A stretch of 64,000 nucleotides of DNA from positions 10,726,001-10,790,000 of the forward strand of contig CM060731.1 of NCBI GenBank assembly GCA_030704615.1, given 5' to 3'. Made by a program: the position numbers and the translations under genes. Source of the DNA: Takakia lepidozioides. Its lineage: Eukaryota; Plantae; Bryophyta. Numbering within the stretch: position 1 is the stretch's first letter; each line of letters starts with the position of its first letter. This document shows, in pieces, positions 38,950 to 51,253 of this stretch. Under the pieces are notes generated by a model, which was not told the origin of the DNA, ran no database searches, and saw nothing but the letters and a program-made list of their open reading frames with translations.

Positions 38950-39600
38950 TTGTCAAGTTGCGAGTTTCCAGGAGGTTTTCTCACAAACACGACTACACTG
39001 AAATGAACTCTTGGGTCGCGATGCATCTAAGCTTATCTTCTCTAGAGCTCCTAAGCTCCAGTACTGCCGAACAGGACTATGAGGAATTCAAGCAGTCCCT
39101 ACCAGCAGTAAATCCTAATAAAAACCCGGGTCCTCACGGGAAGCCTAGTAATAATTGTTTTTGTCAATTGTGCTGAGCGATCTTTCCCCAAACCAACTTC
39201 TCGGAAAAAGCCTGTTGCGATTTGGTTGCATGCCTGTTCTGTGGCTCCTTGTCTCAGCAAGGGGGGTAATGGACGAGGAACCCTGGAGTAGACTCCTTCC
39301 CCGAGTTAGTGGAGATGGTGTTGGTAACGCTTATATATTAATCAAGCTTTTGTGTCCCAGCTATACGAGCGTACCACCTGTGTCGCCTGTAATCAGTTGC
39401 TTGAAGTCGGAGACTCGAGAGTGTAATCTGCTCCGTACTCCCCCTTCAAGAGCGGGCTAATAAGAATACCAAGGAGGGAAGGAGAGAGGAGCATTAGGCA
39501 CTGAATTCAAAAAAGACCTCACACCAGCAGGGCGACTCACATATTTGATGACCTTCCAGATTTCAGCACGTTTGAGGAATTCCGTATTGCAGAATCAACC
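38950..39600 (+). mobile_element. Highly degraded L1-like ORF2 remnants
   Basis: EEFKQSL..VNPNKNPGPHG resembles the pre-RT KxPGPDG motif; LTPAGRLT near 39520 resembles LSxAGRL. Confidence 0.4.
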
Positions 39601-39686
39601 ACCAGGATACATCCTCTGCAGGTGCGCCTTCCCCCTTCCTCCTAGCCCCACCATCAGCGAGTTTTTCTAAGAAAGTCTCTGCCAAT

Positions 39687-39774
39687 CTCTCACTGAAGTC
39701 TTCCACTATGAGGATTAGAAATGTTTGGCAGCCTACCTGCACGAGGTATTCACCCTTAGACAATCACTAGAACA
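39687..39774 (+). mobile_element. Older 3'-end fragment of the same LINE family as 39795-44503
   Basis: CTCTCACTGA..CACTATGAGGAT..CACCCTTAGACAATC.CTAGAACA matches 44312-44395. Confidence 0.85.
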
Positions 39775-39903
39775 ATAGTTCTTTTCTCTTTCCTTCTCTC
39801 TCTCTCGTTCTTTTCTCTGTCGCGCGCGCGGCAGCACGTCGGCACTCGCGCGTCGGTGCTGCGCTCACGGGCGTTGGCGCGCTAGCGCCATCTCCACCAC
39901 ACC

Positions 39904-41052
39904 ATGACGTCCAAACGCCAAAGGACGGCTGCCGACGAGGTAGACTACCCGTCTCCCTCACGTCGACCCGATTCCCCTCTGCTTCTTCTTCCTGCCCCTG
40001 TCTCTCATCAAGCCTCTCCTTTGCGTCAGTACTCCACAAGGAGTGCTGATGTTCAAACGCTTCGGGACCAAATCTTCATCTTACAAACGAAATGCATCTC
40101 GGAGGAGACTCTGCAGTAAGTGCTCGATGCCCGTGACAATGACTCGGAGGAGCGGTTGGCTTCCCTTAACAAAAATTGGAAAAACGCATGGATTCCTTGG
40201 ACAAAGATTGGTAGAAACGCATGATTTCCTTGGACAAAGATTGGCAGAAGTGCATGACAGACAGATACACAGACTTGGAGAACAATATGCGAGTTCAGGA
40301 TAGCGTTTTGCGGGCCTCTCTTCAGGAGTGCACTAGAAAACTTCAAGGTCTGGCGAAACATCTCAATGACAAATCCACACATACGCGTCTTTCAAAACTT
40401 GAAGGCGAAGTGAAGACCTTCACAGAGAAGAGCCTCCCAGATCCCCTCACAGCAAGCATCCACCTGTAGGTGGAATCCCTTAGCAAAGAGCTGGAAACAC
40501 ACAGAACTGCGACGTCTACAATGGCTCGGGAGCTCCAAGCTCACAAGGCAGAGGCCTCCTCCTGGGCTAATATAGTTAAGGGGAGCACATCCAACAACAG
40601 TCCTCACTCTCTGGAGGAGACAGTCTCGGCTACCTTGCGAGAGGAACAGCAACGGGCTTTCAAAGCCCTTAACATCAGGGTCACTGGGAAGCTAGGGGGC
40701 CTTGCTGAGGGGGACCCTCTTGACGCTGCCACCAGCCTTATTCAGCAAAACCTTACTCTCCCACGGGGCGCGAGTGGCATTGAAAGGGCTTGGCGTGCAG
40801 GACTTCAGAGCACAAGTCCTCTTCATTAGATTCAAGGACAAGGGTGCTCGGGATAGAGTCCTCAGGCAGAGGCCTCAATTGAGAGGTCAGGGTATGTACC
40901 TCAACGATGACTTGACCCCTTTGCAATACAACGCCATGCGGGCGCAACTCTTGCAGGTTAAGCAAGCTCGAGCTCAAGGGCACTATGCCGTGTACCGAGA
41001 TGGGAGGGTAATTGTCCGGGAGCACGAACGTCGCCCCTCTAGCTCTAAATAG
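39904..41052 (+). pseudogene. LINE ORF1 (coiled-coil plus RRM-like C-terminus), disrupted
   Basis: Heptad-rich middle, SWANIVK, then LFIRF...MYLNDDLTP, typical of non-LTR ORF1 proteins. Confidence 0.7.
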
Positions 41053-41069
41053 GGGTTGGGGCACCATGA

Positions 41070-44000
41070 GACCAACGCACGCTCACATCTACACATTGGC
41101 TCATGGAACTGTAATGGCTCGTTGTGGAGCCACCCTCAAGGGCTTCTAGATATTCTTTCCAAGTGTGATGTTCTTTTTCTTTTGGAAACTCATGCGTATG
41201 AAGGAAAGGACCCCCCTTTTATTCTCGGGTATAGCTTTCAGTCAGTGATTCGTCCACGTACAGGTCTCAAAGGATCTGGAGGTGTGGCTTGTTACTTTGT
41301 TGACTGGCTTCTCCCACTTATCTTCTTTTCCATACAAAGACCCACTGGCAAGGTACATTTGGTGTCACATCAAAGGCTACAACATCCTGCTGGCGGGATG
41401 TTATTTTGCTCCGGCCGCATCTCCGCACAGCGGCCTACATATCGAAGATTCACCATATGTTCCATTGGAAGACGATATGGCCCGTCTCCGTACCCCACAA
41501 ACGGACATTTTCTTGGTTGGAGATTTCAACGCCCGTACAGGATCACTACAGGCCCCCACCTTCGACCACACAGATCCTCTACACATCCAACGCTCGCATA
41601 CGGAATTGGAGAGGCAAAGTGCAGATTCCTCTTGCGAAATCACAAGTTACGGTCACCATCTACTCAAGTTTTGTGAAACTCAGGGGCTGTCCATTTACAA
41701 TGGAACAACCAACTTCAAATCCTCCAGCCAGTTCACTTGCCACACGTACAAGGGCCAAAGCGTGGTTGACTATCTCTTGGGGAGCCCCAACAAGCCTGAT
41801 AGAATAAGCTCCTTTTACATCACGAGGTACCCGGATTCTGATCACTCTTGCCTTTCCTTTGCATTTCCTTCCATCTCCCTCCCCGTGAGATCCCCTCTGC
41901 GTCTCTTCCCTTACACCCACGTATCCACTTTAATACCCCTTTCTCTCACTTACACGACGCCGAGTATGAAACATACCTAGCGTCAACCCTCCCTTCCATT
42001 CTACATCTATCATCTCCTAACGACAAGGCTACACATCTTACTCAAGCCCTTTGGGACTCAGCCCTGCGATCCTTTCCCGTCACCCTTCCATCTACCTCCT
42101 CACCTTCTCCACTCGTCGTTACGCACCATTTTATGATGAGGAATGCAAGACTGCTAGACGTCGCATCAAATTTTTACTACTTGATACCAATTCTTCTCCA
42201 GAGTCCACTAATCTTGCTCTTAAGCACTATAAGTCCCTCATTAGATCCAAAAAGCAAAGCCTACACTATCAAGTTGCAATCTTCTTTCCTTGCTAAAATC
42301 AGATTTTTTCCTCGATCTTTTTGGTCCCTCCTTAAACCTCATAGAGATCCCCCCCAATCACTGACATTCATGTCTGGCATGAGTATGCACAGTCTTTGTA
42401 CCATTCCCCAACCCAAACTCCTTCTCCTATAACCTCTAAACCCCTTCACTTCTCTCTCTTTACTACAGCCAATGTCAGTAAGGCAATCAAGAAGCTGCAA
42501 AATGGCAGAGCGGTGGACATTTCAGGACTTCAGAGTGAATTCATCAAGCATGCTGCACCTACTTTAGCCCCTTTTATAGCTAACCTCTTCAATGAGGTGG
42601 TGCAACGGGGCTTTCCAACAGAGTGGACAAAGAGCATCATCCACCCACTTTTAAGAGCGGTGACAGGCTCGCACCGACAAACTATCGTACTATCATGGTG
42701 TCCTCATTACTTGCTAAACTGTTTGGGGCAGTAGTGGCCATGGAACTGGATGATTGGGCTGAGTACTCTCGCATTCGTGCTGAGGGACAGGCTGGTTTCC
42801 GTCGAAACCGATCCACTATTGACCACATCTTCACTCTTCAAGTTATGGTGGAAAGTGCACGCTATGACAAAAGAATGGTCTATGTTTGCTTCGTGGACTT
42901 TCACAAAGCCTTTGATTCAGTTCCTCGGGACCTTCTCTTCCAACGGCTCCATAGAGTGGAAGTCCCTCCAGACATCCTTTGTGCCATCTCTTCTATGTAT
43001 GAGATTGTCACTGGCATGGTCAACGTCGCTGGTGAATTCTCAGCCGAGATCCACAGCAACATTGGAGTCAAACAGGGCTGCCCCCTTTCACCTACCCTGT
43101 TCGGGATCTACATTGACGCCTTGGAGAATTACATATCAAAAAACCATGGGGTTGGGGTCCCATTGGATGGGGGACCAACCCAATCAGATCTCCTCTATGC
43201 TGATGATGTTGCCCTTTTGGCACAATCCCGGTCTTTCTGCAACGCCATCTCAAAATTTTGGAACAGTTCTGCAAAGACTATGGGATGCAGTCAATCTTAG
43301 CAAGACCAAGATCATGGTCTTCAATGGCCAGGCTGATCGTAGATTCATCTTCAACCAGCAGGAAATTGAGATTGTGAAATCATACCGGTACCTAGGTCTG
43401 GTTATCCACTCCCCCAAGTTTCAACTTTGCAGCCACTGCCTTGGACAGGTTGACTAAAGGTAAGGCGGCCTCCGTCCGCCTTCAGGCCAAATGCAAGCAA
43501 ATACATCTGCGGCATCCCCCGACCAAAATGGCTGTTTGACACCGTCGTCAGCCCTGCTACCATCTATGGTTGTGAGTTCTGGGCACCTGGTGTCCCTGTC
43601 TCCTGGTGGAAAAGAATTTGGGGAACCATTACAGTCATCTTTTCTCCAAGCAATGCTTGGCGCCAGGAGCACACTCCATCTCAGATCCTAGGTGCAGAGT
43701 TCGCATGTGTACCATTGCAATCCGAGGCCCTCTTCAGGCTTACAATCTTTCTCCATAGATTGCAGGCCCTTCCACCCAAAGGGCTAGTGGCAAGGCCCTC
43801 ACAACATCTAGAGCTGCAGTTTCAGGAACTCCTGGTATGCTCGAGTGACAGTTTATTTCAACGTAACGGACTTTCTACTGCTTTCCTATTACCAATGAAC
43901 CCAGATGAGGTGGACATCACATCCAGACATGACCGCAACAGACTCATTCGGAGAGAGCTTATGGAATTACATGTCAAGAGAACTTGGATGCTACCCAATC

Positions 44001-44391
44001 TCACGACAAAGCTCCACTTCTATCGAGAGACATTCTTGGTGCTCCGCGCGATGATAGAATCTTGAGACCAAATTACCTTTCAGCACCCTTATCTCCTTCC
44101 CTCTTGAGGGCATTGGGGCGGTTCAGGGTGGGTTCCCACAACCTACGGATAGAGACTGGCAGATGGGAAAACCTGCAACGGGAGGACCGCCTATGTCCAG
44201 CTTGCATAGGGCGCAGCAAGGAAATTGAAACTGAAGAACACTTCTTCTTCTACTGCCCTCTATACTACGAGATCCGTGGGAGATTTCACAGTTTATTCAG
44301 TGGAACCCAAACTCTCACTGATGTCTTTCACTATGAGGATAAAAAATGCGTGGCAGCCTACACGAGGCCTTCACCCTTAGACAATCGCTAG
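41070..44391 (+). pseudogene. LINE ORF2 (endonuclease/reverse transcriptase), frameshifted
   Basis: ORFs 41056-41676, 41282-41980, 42396-42734, 42623-43300 and 43984-44391 tile the domains. Confidence 0.9.
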
Positions 44392-45307
44392 AACATTAAT
44401 TGTGGTTTCTGGATTTGTTCCTCTCTCATGTTTTCTTCCATTTTGTCCCATAAGCTCTACGAGCTTTCCGCGGACGTTATAAAGCACCATTTCATTTCAT
44501 TTCTCTACTCCCTCCCTTCGAACCTCCGGCGGACGTTATCTGTGGGTGCTCATCCTGTAGCGTTGTAAGCTTCAGACAAAGCAGAGGACTGAAAGCTCTT
44601 GATGGGTGTTAGGGTATTTTCCCTCCTCTCTCGTACTCACACACAAAAGTTCAACACATAGGATTATGAACGCATGTCAGACAGACTTGAAGACCACCCA
44701 CCCCACACACACACAGCTCAAGGACAGCTCTCTCAACAATTCCTTGAACATACCTGTCAAGAAGCCTCTATTCATTTGAAGTCAACCAAGTTCCAAGCCA
44801 GAAGCTGAATTTTGCTTGTTTGTATGTTTGTTTAGCTCAGATGCTAAGCAGCGAGGGAGCTGGGTCGTGCAGGCTCAACTCGAGAGAGATGAGCCGCACG
44901 ACTGACGAGCTCGTGAAGATAAGATGGTTCAGGTGTCCCGTGCATGGTAGCAAACACATGTGAAGCAAATGGCTGTCTGAGCAATGTTGCCATGCAGCTT
45001 TGGTATATACAAAATGATGGTGTAGCATATAGTGTACAGGTACAAAGCCTCGTTCCGGCTTTTTTACCTCCAACAAGAAGGTATGCCAAACCCACCAGAC
45101 TGCCAGGCCCAACATGTAAAAATGGATGGCATACAAATTTGCCAGCTTCATCTGTCTAACCATAGAGACCTTGTGGGTTGAAGCTACTATGGCAGTCATC
45201 TTCTGAGGTCCTTTTCACCATGTCCATTGAAGTCGCTTGTGATTTACCAAGAGAAAATTTATGGACACAAAAACGGACAATGCAACAATAATGATCTGTA
45301 GAGAAAC

Positions 45308-47666
45308 TTAATTCCCTGCCCGGAGACGGGACAGAGAGATCTTCCCTACATTATTACTGTCAAGCCGGTTAAATTGCTGGAATATTTCAAGGATGTCTTT
45401 CTCCTCAACTTTCCCCATCTCTTTCAGTTTGAATAACGTAAATTCAGATTTGCTGCCCAGCCACCACCAACACAAAAACAGTGAGAGACTTAACTCTGCA
45501 GTGCTGAAGCAATAAACAAGGTTTAGATTGACTGCTCAGTGCAAGAATCTGAAAACTTCCTGATTGATTATACTGGTGAAAGGCCTATAACTCTGGAGTC
45601 CAAGATACCTTTACTGCATTAGCAAGCATCTTGACATCATCTATCTGCCCTTTCCATTTAACCCTAATATAGCCTTCAATGTGGAAGTCTCCTGGCTATA
45701 GAATTCTCCATCCACTCTCTCACTCTCTAGAAAGGACGAGGGCTGGAAGAGACTAACACTTGGTTAACCATTTCCAAGGAGTGATGTAGTATTATGCACC
45801 TCTTCCAGCCTCATTGCCATTCACCACAGAAGTGTGCTTCGTTGTGGTTCTGTGACCCTTTTGTACTTCAAAGTGTTTGAGACTGGGTAGGTGGTGAAAT
45901 TGAAAATTTGTATAACTGCACTGCAGTTCTCGAACTGGACTGTATTTTCCCCTAACTTTACTAGGAACACATGTCATTGATGAATCCCTATATATGGACT
46001 TACTTTCATTTGGGTTGTAGTCAAGCATGGTAGCTCACAGTACACAGTAGACTATACTCCTAGTGAGCTACAGTTCATATGCTGAACTGAAGTTTGGCAC
46101 CTATTGCAACTGCACTATGGGTATAAATCCGGGCCCATTCTAGATTTCTCAAGGTAGACAAAGGATAGGTCTGAAGAAGAGAGAAAGTCCAGACAATGTA
46201 CACAGAAAGCTTGACAAAGAAGGGAGGGGAAACAGAACGGACATGAAATCACGGGACCTGACATCAACCAATCACAGAACATTGAGGATCTTAGGACCAG
46301 ACCTGATGGAACCGTCATTGTTGAGGTCGGCGGCCACCAAATCCCCCACTGTAAGTTCTCTTTCCAGGACCCATTTGGCAATATGCCGATGTCTTCTGTC
46401 AACTCTCGCCTCCGCCAAGTAGACAAACGATCGGGCCACTGCTAAAGTGCTAACCAGCAGCCACACCGCTGCGAAGAGACGGCCTTCCAGGCTCTTGAAG
46501 GCATGGTCACCATAGCCAACAGTTGTAATTGACATAATTGTGCAGTACAGGGCATCAATCCAGGGTAATCTCTCCAGCCGGTGCATCACAAGTGTCCCTA
46601 CTAAGATACAAAGACTCACAACTGAAAGAGCAAGTCCAACTTTTAGTCGGGTACGCATGCGCCCTTTCGCTGTATTCATGACATAGTTTTTTGCAGCGTG
46701 GTGATGGCTACCCTCAACTGCACTGAGTAGAAGATGCTCCTGTTTGTCCAGCACAAAGGTGACCATCCCACTAACAAGAGCATCAATGAAGCCAAAGCCA
46801 ACCAAAACAAACCCACAAGCAAAAAGCTTCGCGAAAGGGGTCTGAGGCGTGATGTCTCCATAGCCAATTGTGCACATCGTCACGATACAAAAGTAAAATG
46901 CATCCACAACACTGACTGTCTCAATCCCCGAGAACTCTCGGCTTCTCCAAGTGTATATGATCACTCCTATACTAAGGTACATCATGAGCCACATCCCTGC
47001 TTGCCATACAATCGAAGAAGCAGACTCAAATTCTGGCTTCTTGAGGACCTCTCTCGGGCCCTGTGCCTGGATATTTGTCATGGCAGGGGCTGTCGAACAA
47101 CGGTGCATGTATTTCTTCTTATTGCTGGCTGGACTTTGACCCTGCGGGAAGCCGCAAACCCGCGTCTCTCTGAAATCTCCATAGCCTAAACCTTTCTGCA
47201 ACCCGGTGGTGTCAATTCTGCACTCAGCCTTCGCCTCATTCCAAGTTCCATAATCGCACTTAGATCTACTATCATTCTCCCTTAGCAATGCTTCGTGCTC
47301 ATCACCCTCCTGACCATTCTCCTTCCTCCTTCCCAGTCCCCAGTCATCCTGAGATAACCCACGTTTGGTAGGACTATCGAATGTTACGGTACCAACAACC
47401 CCCTCCGAAAATCCACCTGATGGAATGGGGTGTTCAACTGGACTATGCTCTGGAATGTTTAAGAAAGTGGACTGGTTCAAAAACTTTGCTCTCGCTCTTG
47501 GGCTGGGGCTACCAAATATTCTGGCACCACCAATCCCCTCTGAAAATTCATCTGATGCAATGGGATATTCAACAGCACTGTCCTCCGGAATCTTCAAAAA
47601 CGCGGACTGATTTACATAATTTGCTTTCGTTCTTGGACTGGTACTACCCAGCAAACGCCCCTCCAT
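45308..47666 (-). CDS. TPK: Two-pore (tandem-pore) K+ channel, TPK/KCO family; exons 46303-47666 and 45308-45452, ~502 aa
   Basis: Two pore motifs (TIGYGD, TVGYGD), four TM segments, EF-hand-like DLNNDGSISKSEF and DSNNVGKIS. A phase-2 GT-AG intron gives an intact ORF. Confidence 0.96.
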
Positions 47667-49602
47667 TTTGAGCTCTTTCTATCTGTACCGAGGTGGAACG
47701 ATTCTCCCAAACCAAAACCACCCTTAAATTGCCACAAGCAGCCACTTAGTGGGAAGGTCTCGAGTGACCTCATGTGCACCTCAAGTATCTGCGTGCTTCT
47801 CCCCCAACTTCCCTCCTCCTCCTCCCTTTCTTTGCAGCCTGCTGTGGACCATATAAATTTTAGCCTTCTTTCTTTCTCCCTCTATCTTGTTCTCTATTTT
47901 CCTTTGTCCCATAAGCCCTCTTAAGCTTCCCGTGGCCTGCACACACACAACCTCAAGCGTGAAGGCTTCAGAGTTCTGCACAGAACTGGCCTCACAAAAC
48001 ACAGCCAATCCACAACCGAGCGCACTGATATGTTCAGCTTCCTTGGATTGTTAGTTCGGCGCCGACGGTCGCCTTTCACAGCCCCCCTCCCCAGTTTATT
48101 CCAGATTTTTTGTTATATTTTTATACTTATATATATTTCTGCTTTTTCTGTTCGACTCCATAACTGTCTTCTCGTTGAATGGGATCCAGACACCTGTCGT
48201 TTCAAGTTGGTAGGAGACAAAATGCGGCTTTTTATCGCCAAAGAATAAGAGAGTCTGAAAATGTCCTGACCGTCCGTAGCCAGTCACCGGTATCCGTCCA
48301 TGCAGAAAAGCTTCTGCCAGGATCCTGAGCGCGCGGGACTGTGCAACACGTGCTGCGATATCGCGGGCGTGTTGGTGGGGCCTAATCTGGATCTATCATC
48401 CACATCCATGCCGCGACCTCTCATCCCTATGTACTTTCTATTATTCATTCGTTACCTTCATCCGGCCGACATAAATGACTTATCGCCGCGCCGGCGGTAA
48501 AAGCTCGGCGGGAGGAAGGCCGTAATCGGCGGGCAGCCCCGCCGGCGGGGCCCGTGCCGGTGTCAGTACGCGTGTGGGACGTATGAAAGTAGTTGGCAAC
48601 CCTCATCCACAATCTGTCCATTCATGTACCTGTCTCACCTCCAGATTCTAGAACGGCCGCAGTGAATGAAGTAGTGTCCGGTTCCAATCACTGTATATTT
48701 AAGTAAATTGAAAAACATAAACTCATACTTCAAAGCAACCACATCATTGGTTCAACTAAACATTCTCTATAGGGCACTGATTTTTTTTTTTGCTGAAGTG
48801 CTTAGAAATGCTTTGTTTTTTCTTCCGCAGCCTACGCCATGGTCTTTCATCCCTCATCCATCCAACAATGGGTCTTTCATCTAAAAGTTGGTGAAATTGT
48901 CATTTTATAAGCTAAAGAAGGGCAGATATAATAGAGTCATGGGGGAAGAGGCTCTTATGTACGCTAGCTCCGGCTAGTATCATATATATATATAAATGTG
49001 TGTGTGTATAGAGTCACCCCCTCATGCTTTGAACAGGTGATTTGGTCTTGGGGGGTTCCCTCATGGGAAGCTAATGGAACCAGGGGGCCACAAATGAACA
49101 ACAAATAAAATCAGCCAGCAAATGGGTCCACATACCCAATGACAATTTGCATGCAGCCCCACTTGGCAAGTGCTCTAGATGTATGCCCCACCAGTGCAAA
49201 AGAACGACGCCTCGTAAATGATGGCGTCTCTTCATCCCTATAGGGGCTAGTGCCTTCCGTTTGGAAGGTGGACACTTTGAACCCTATATCATCTAGCTTA
49301 TGCACAGGCAAGGCAAGAAATGCCAAGCACAGCAGCAGGCTACATGCTCTAGTGACCACAAGTAGAGAGAGAGAGGAGGCCGGCCATGTGTGGCAAGTGT
49401 GTTATAAGTGGGTTAGATTGCTGTGAGTTCAATGTAATGGTTATGATGTTTGAGTTAGGAGTAGTAAGAGGGGTACTCAAAACATTCTAGAACTAACATG
49501 AGAGACTCTCAATATAGTATGTGTGTTAGTGTAGATATAGTGAGAGTTAGTAGGAGGCTTGGGCTTTGTCCCCGACGAACCCAGGCCGTTACTAACAATA
49601 TA

Positions 49603-50017
49603 CTAGGGTAGCCTGTGCCGTTGGCCCAAGTGTCGAGTGTCATCTAAGTCCAAGTGCATCAATATATGAAGCAAAGCCATATCTAATCTAAGATTTTTCC
49701 ACAGAGCCTACGACCAGATTTGAACCGGAGAGACCTTCCCCTGATCTCCTCGTCAAGGCTCCAACCATTGTCCCAAGAATGCCCACTTTGCCATTTTTGC
49801 TATTTTTTGTGAATTTCCAGCGACCAAAAGCACTTGGAATTCGACATCTCCCACATCGCAGGTCCAAAAATCGTGAGACCAAGCCCGTGCACCCCTCCTC
49901 GGCGAGGTCTTTCCTACGGTACCAAGCACCAGCGCTGGAGCCACGTGGTTTGGGACATCTCAACATGACAAAACAAAACAAAACAAACATCTTGCTTCAG
50001 AGATTGATTTAAGCAGA
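49603..50017 (-). mobile_element. Probable non-autonomous Helitron (~415 bp)
   Basis: Minus-strand 3' end with hairpin TGGGCC-AAC-GGCACA, then CTAG followed by T. Candidate A|TC 5' end at 50017 is uncertain. Confidence 0.5.
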
Positions 50018-50584
50018 TTAGTATGCTCACAACCACATTTAGCCATGTTTATTGGCCATAGTTACTCCCCATTAGACGCCATTATATTATAAAATTTCGT
50101 AATGTGTGGCTTTATACTTGGAGGTTGGCCCCGTAGCTCCTGAGCATGCCCACGTGAGCACAAGGGCATATTCCCCGAATTTCCACGAAATTTCCACAGC
50201 GAAACGAACTTGGCGAAACTAAACATTATGCGAAACTAACACATAAAGAAACAAGTAGCCCCTAGCCCCTATGAACATTTACCCTACTATAGGTGTGGTT
50301 TTTTCTCCATAACCGGCGTGAGAGTGTGCGGTGAGACTTCACCTCAAATTGTAGGTCATCGCCCATGGCTAATTTCTCACAAGGAAACTTTGTACCAAAT
50401 AGCCTGAGAAGAAATCACACGGCAAAACTTTGTACCAACCAGCTTGAATTGGATGTGGGATTGTTGAGTGATGGGATTTTGTATAGAAAGTTTCGACTCA
50501 AGCTATACGAGTAAGGGTTTCTCAATGCGAAACCCACCGCTGCATAGGTTTGTGGCCATATCACCAAGTACTAATAAGGGTTTC

Positions 50585-51253
50585 TGTCGCGCACCTCACT
50601 TCGGTATCCCCCCTTCAAGTCATAGTTACTCGTTTGATGCGCGCGCTTGACTCCCAACCTGGCCGCCGGGCCAACTTGGAGCTTCGGCTGCTCACCGGGA
50701 CATAACGGTCCCCTTTCGCTTCCCTCTAAAACCCTCCACCTAATTGGGACTAGGAGAATTCCCTTTGGTAGATGGCAGTCCGGAACAGCTCCCCACTCTT
50801 TGGTCGCTTTCCGGCTCGCTCACTTACTCACTAGTTTTTGGTCACCAACGGGCTTGCACCGTTCTCGGGGTTACTACTCCCTATATATACTTCTGTAGCT
50901 AAGACCCTCGATTCCCGGTGGTGAGTCGCGGTGAGTCTTGGCCCGCTCACCACGGCCCCTATGGACCGTGATGAGTCCCAAGACTCCCCACGACTCCCAC
51001 CACGAGGTCTCCGCCCCATGGTGAGTCCTATGCCACCCCCACTAAGTCCCACTAAGCTACCACCACCCCTTGTGGAGCCACCCCCACCGCAACCCGGTGT
51101 GCGGGGCTCCACCTAGTGAGCGCCTCCGCTTCCTGGGTGCCTTGGGCACTCAAGGGTGCCTCAGCCCCCCATACCTATCGCTGCCTGCCCCCACCACAGG
51201 GGCAGCCCCTCATGTGTCCCGACCCCCTGCCCTCAAGGCAAAGGGCCGCGACA
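50585..51253 (-). repeat. 3' LTR of gypsy copy 2, with a ~50-bp internal deletion near 50900
   Basis: TG...CA termini; lacks the GTCCGCGGGG...CACCACGA segment present in the other LTRs. Confidence 0.93.

Larger units (their letters stand above)
39795..44503 (+). mobile_element. Near-full-length LINE (ORF1 plus APE-RT-CCHC ORF2) with (CATTT)n tail; probably RTE-X-like
   Basis: ORF1 pieces 39904-41052; ORF2 with GSWNCNG, LETH, GDFNART, VDY, SDH, KQGCPLSPTLF, YADD, YRYLG, CPAC..EEHFFFYC; tail at 44488-44502. Clade assignment is tentative. Confidence 0.93.

Noticed and set aside
48480-48570. GC-rich, partly self-complementary patch upstream of TPK as a structured ncRNA
   Set aside because: No tRNA, rRNA or snRNA hallmark; more simply promoter-proximal or TE-end sequence.
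49400-49597. Possible short solo LTR (TGTTA...TAACA)
   Set aside because: Flanks AAGTG and ATATA do not form a TSD; no PBS or PPT seen.
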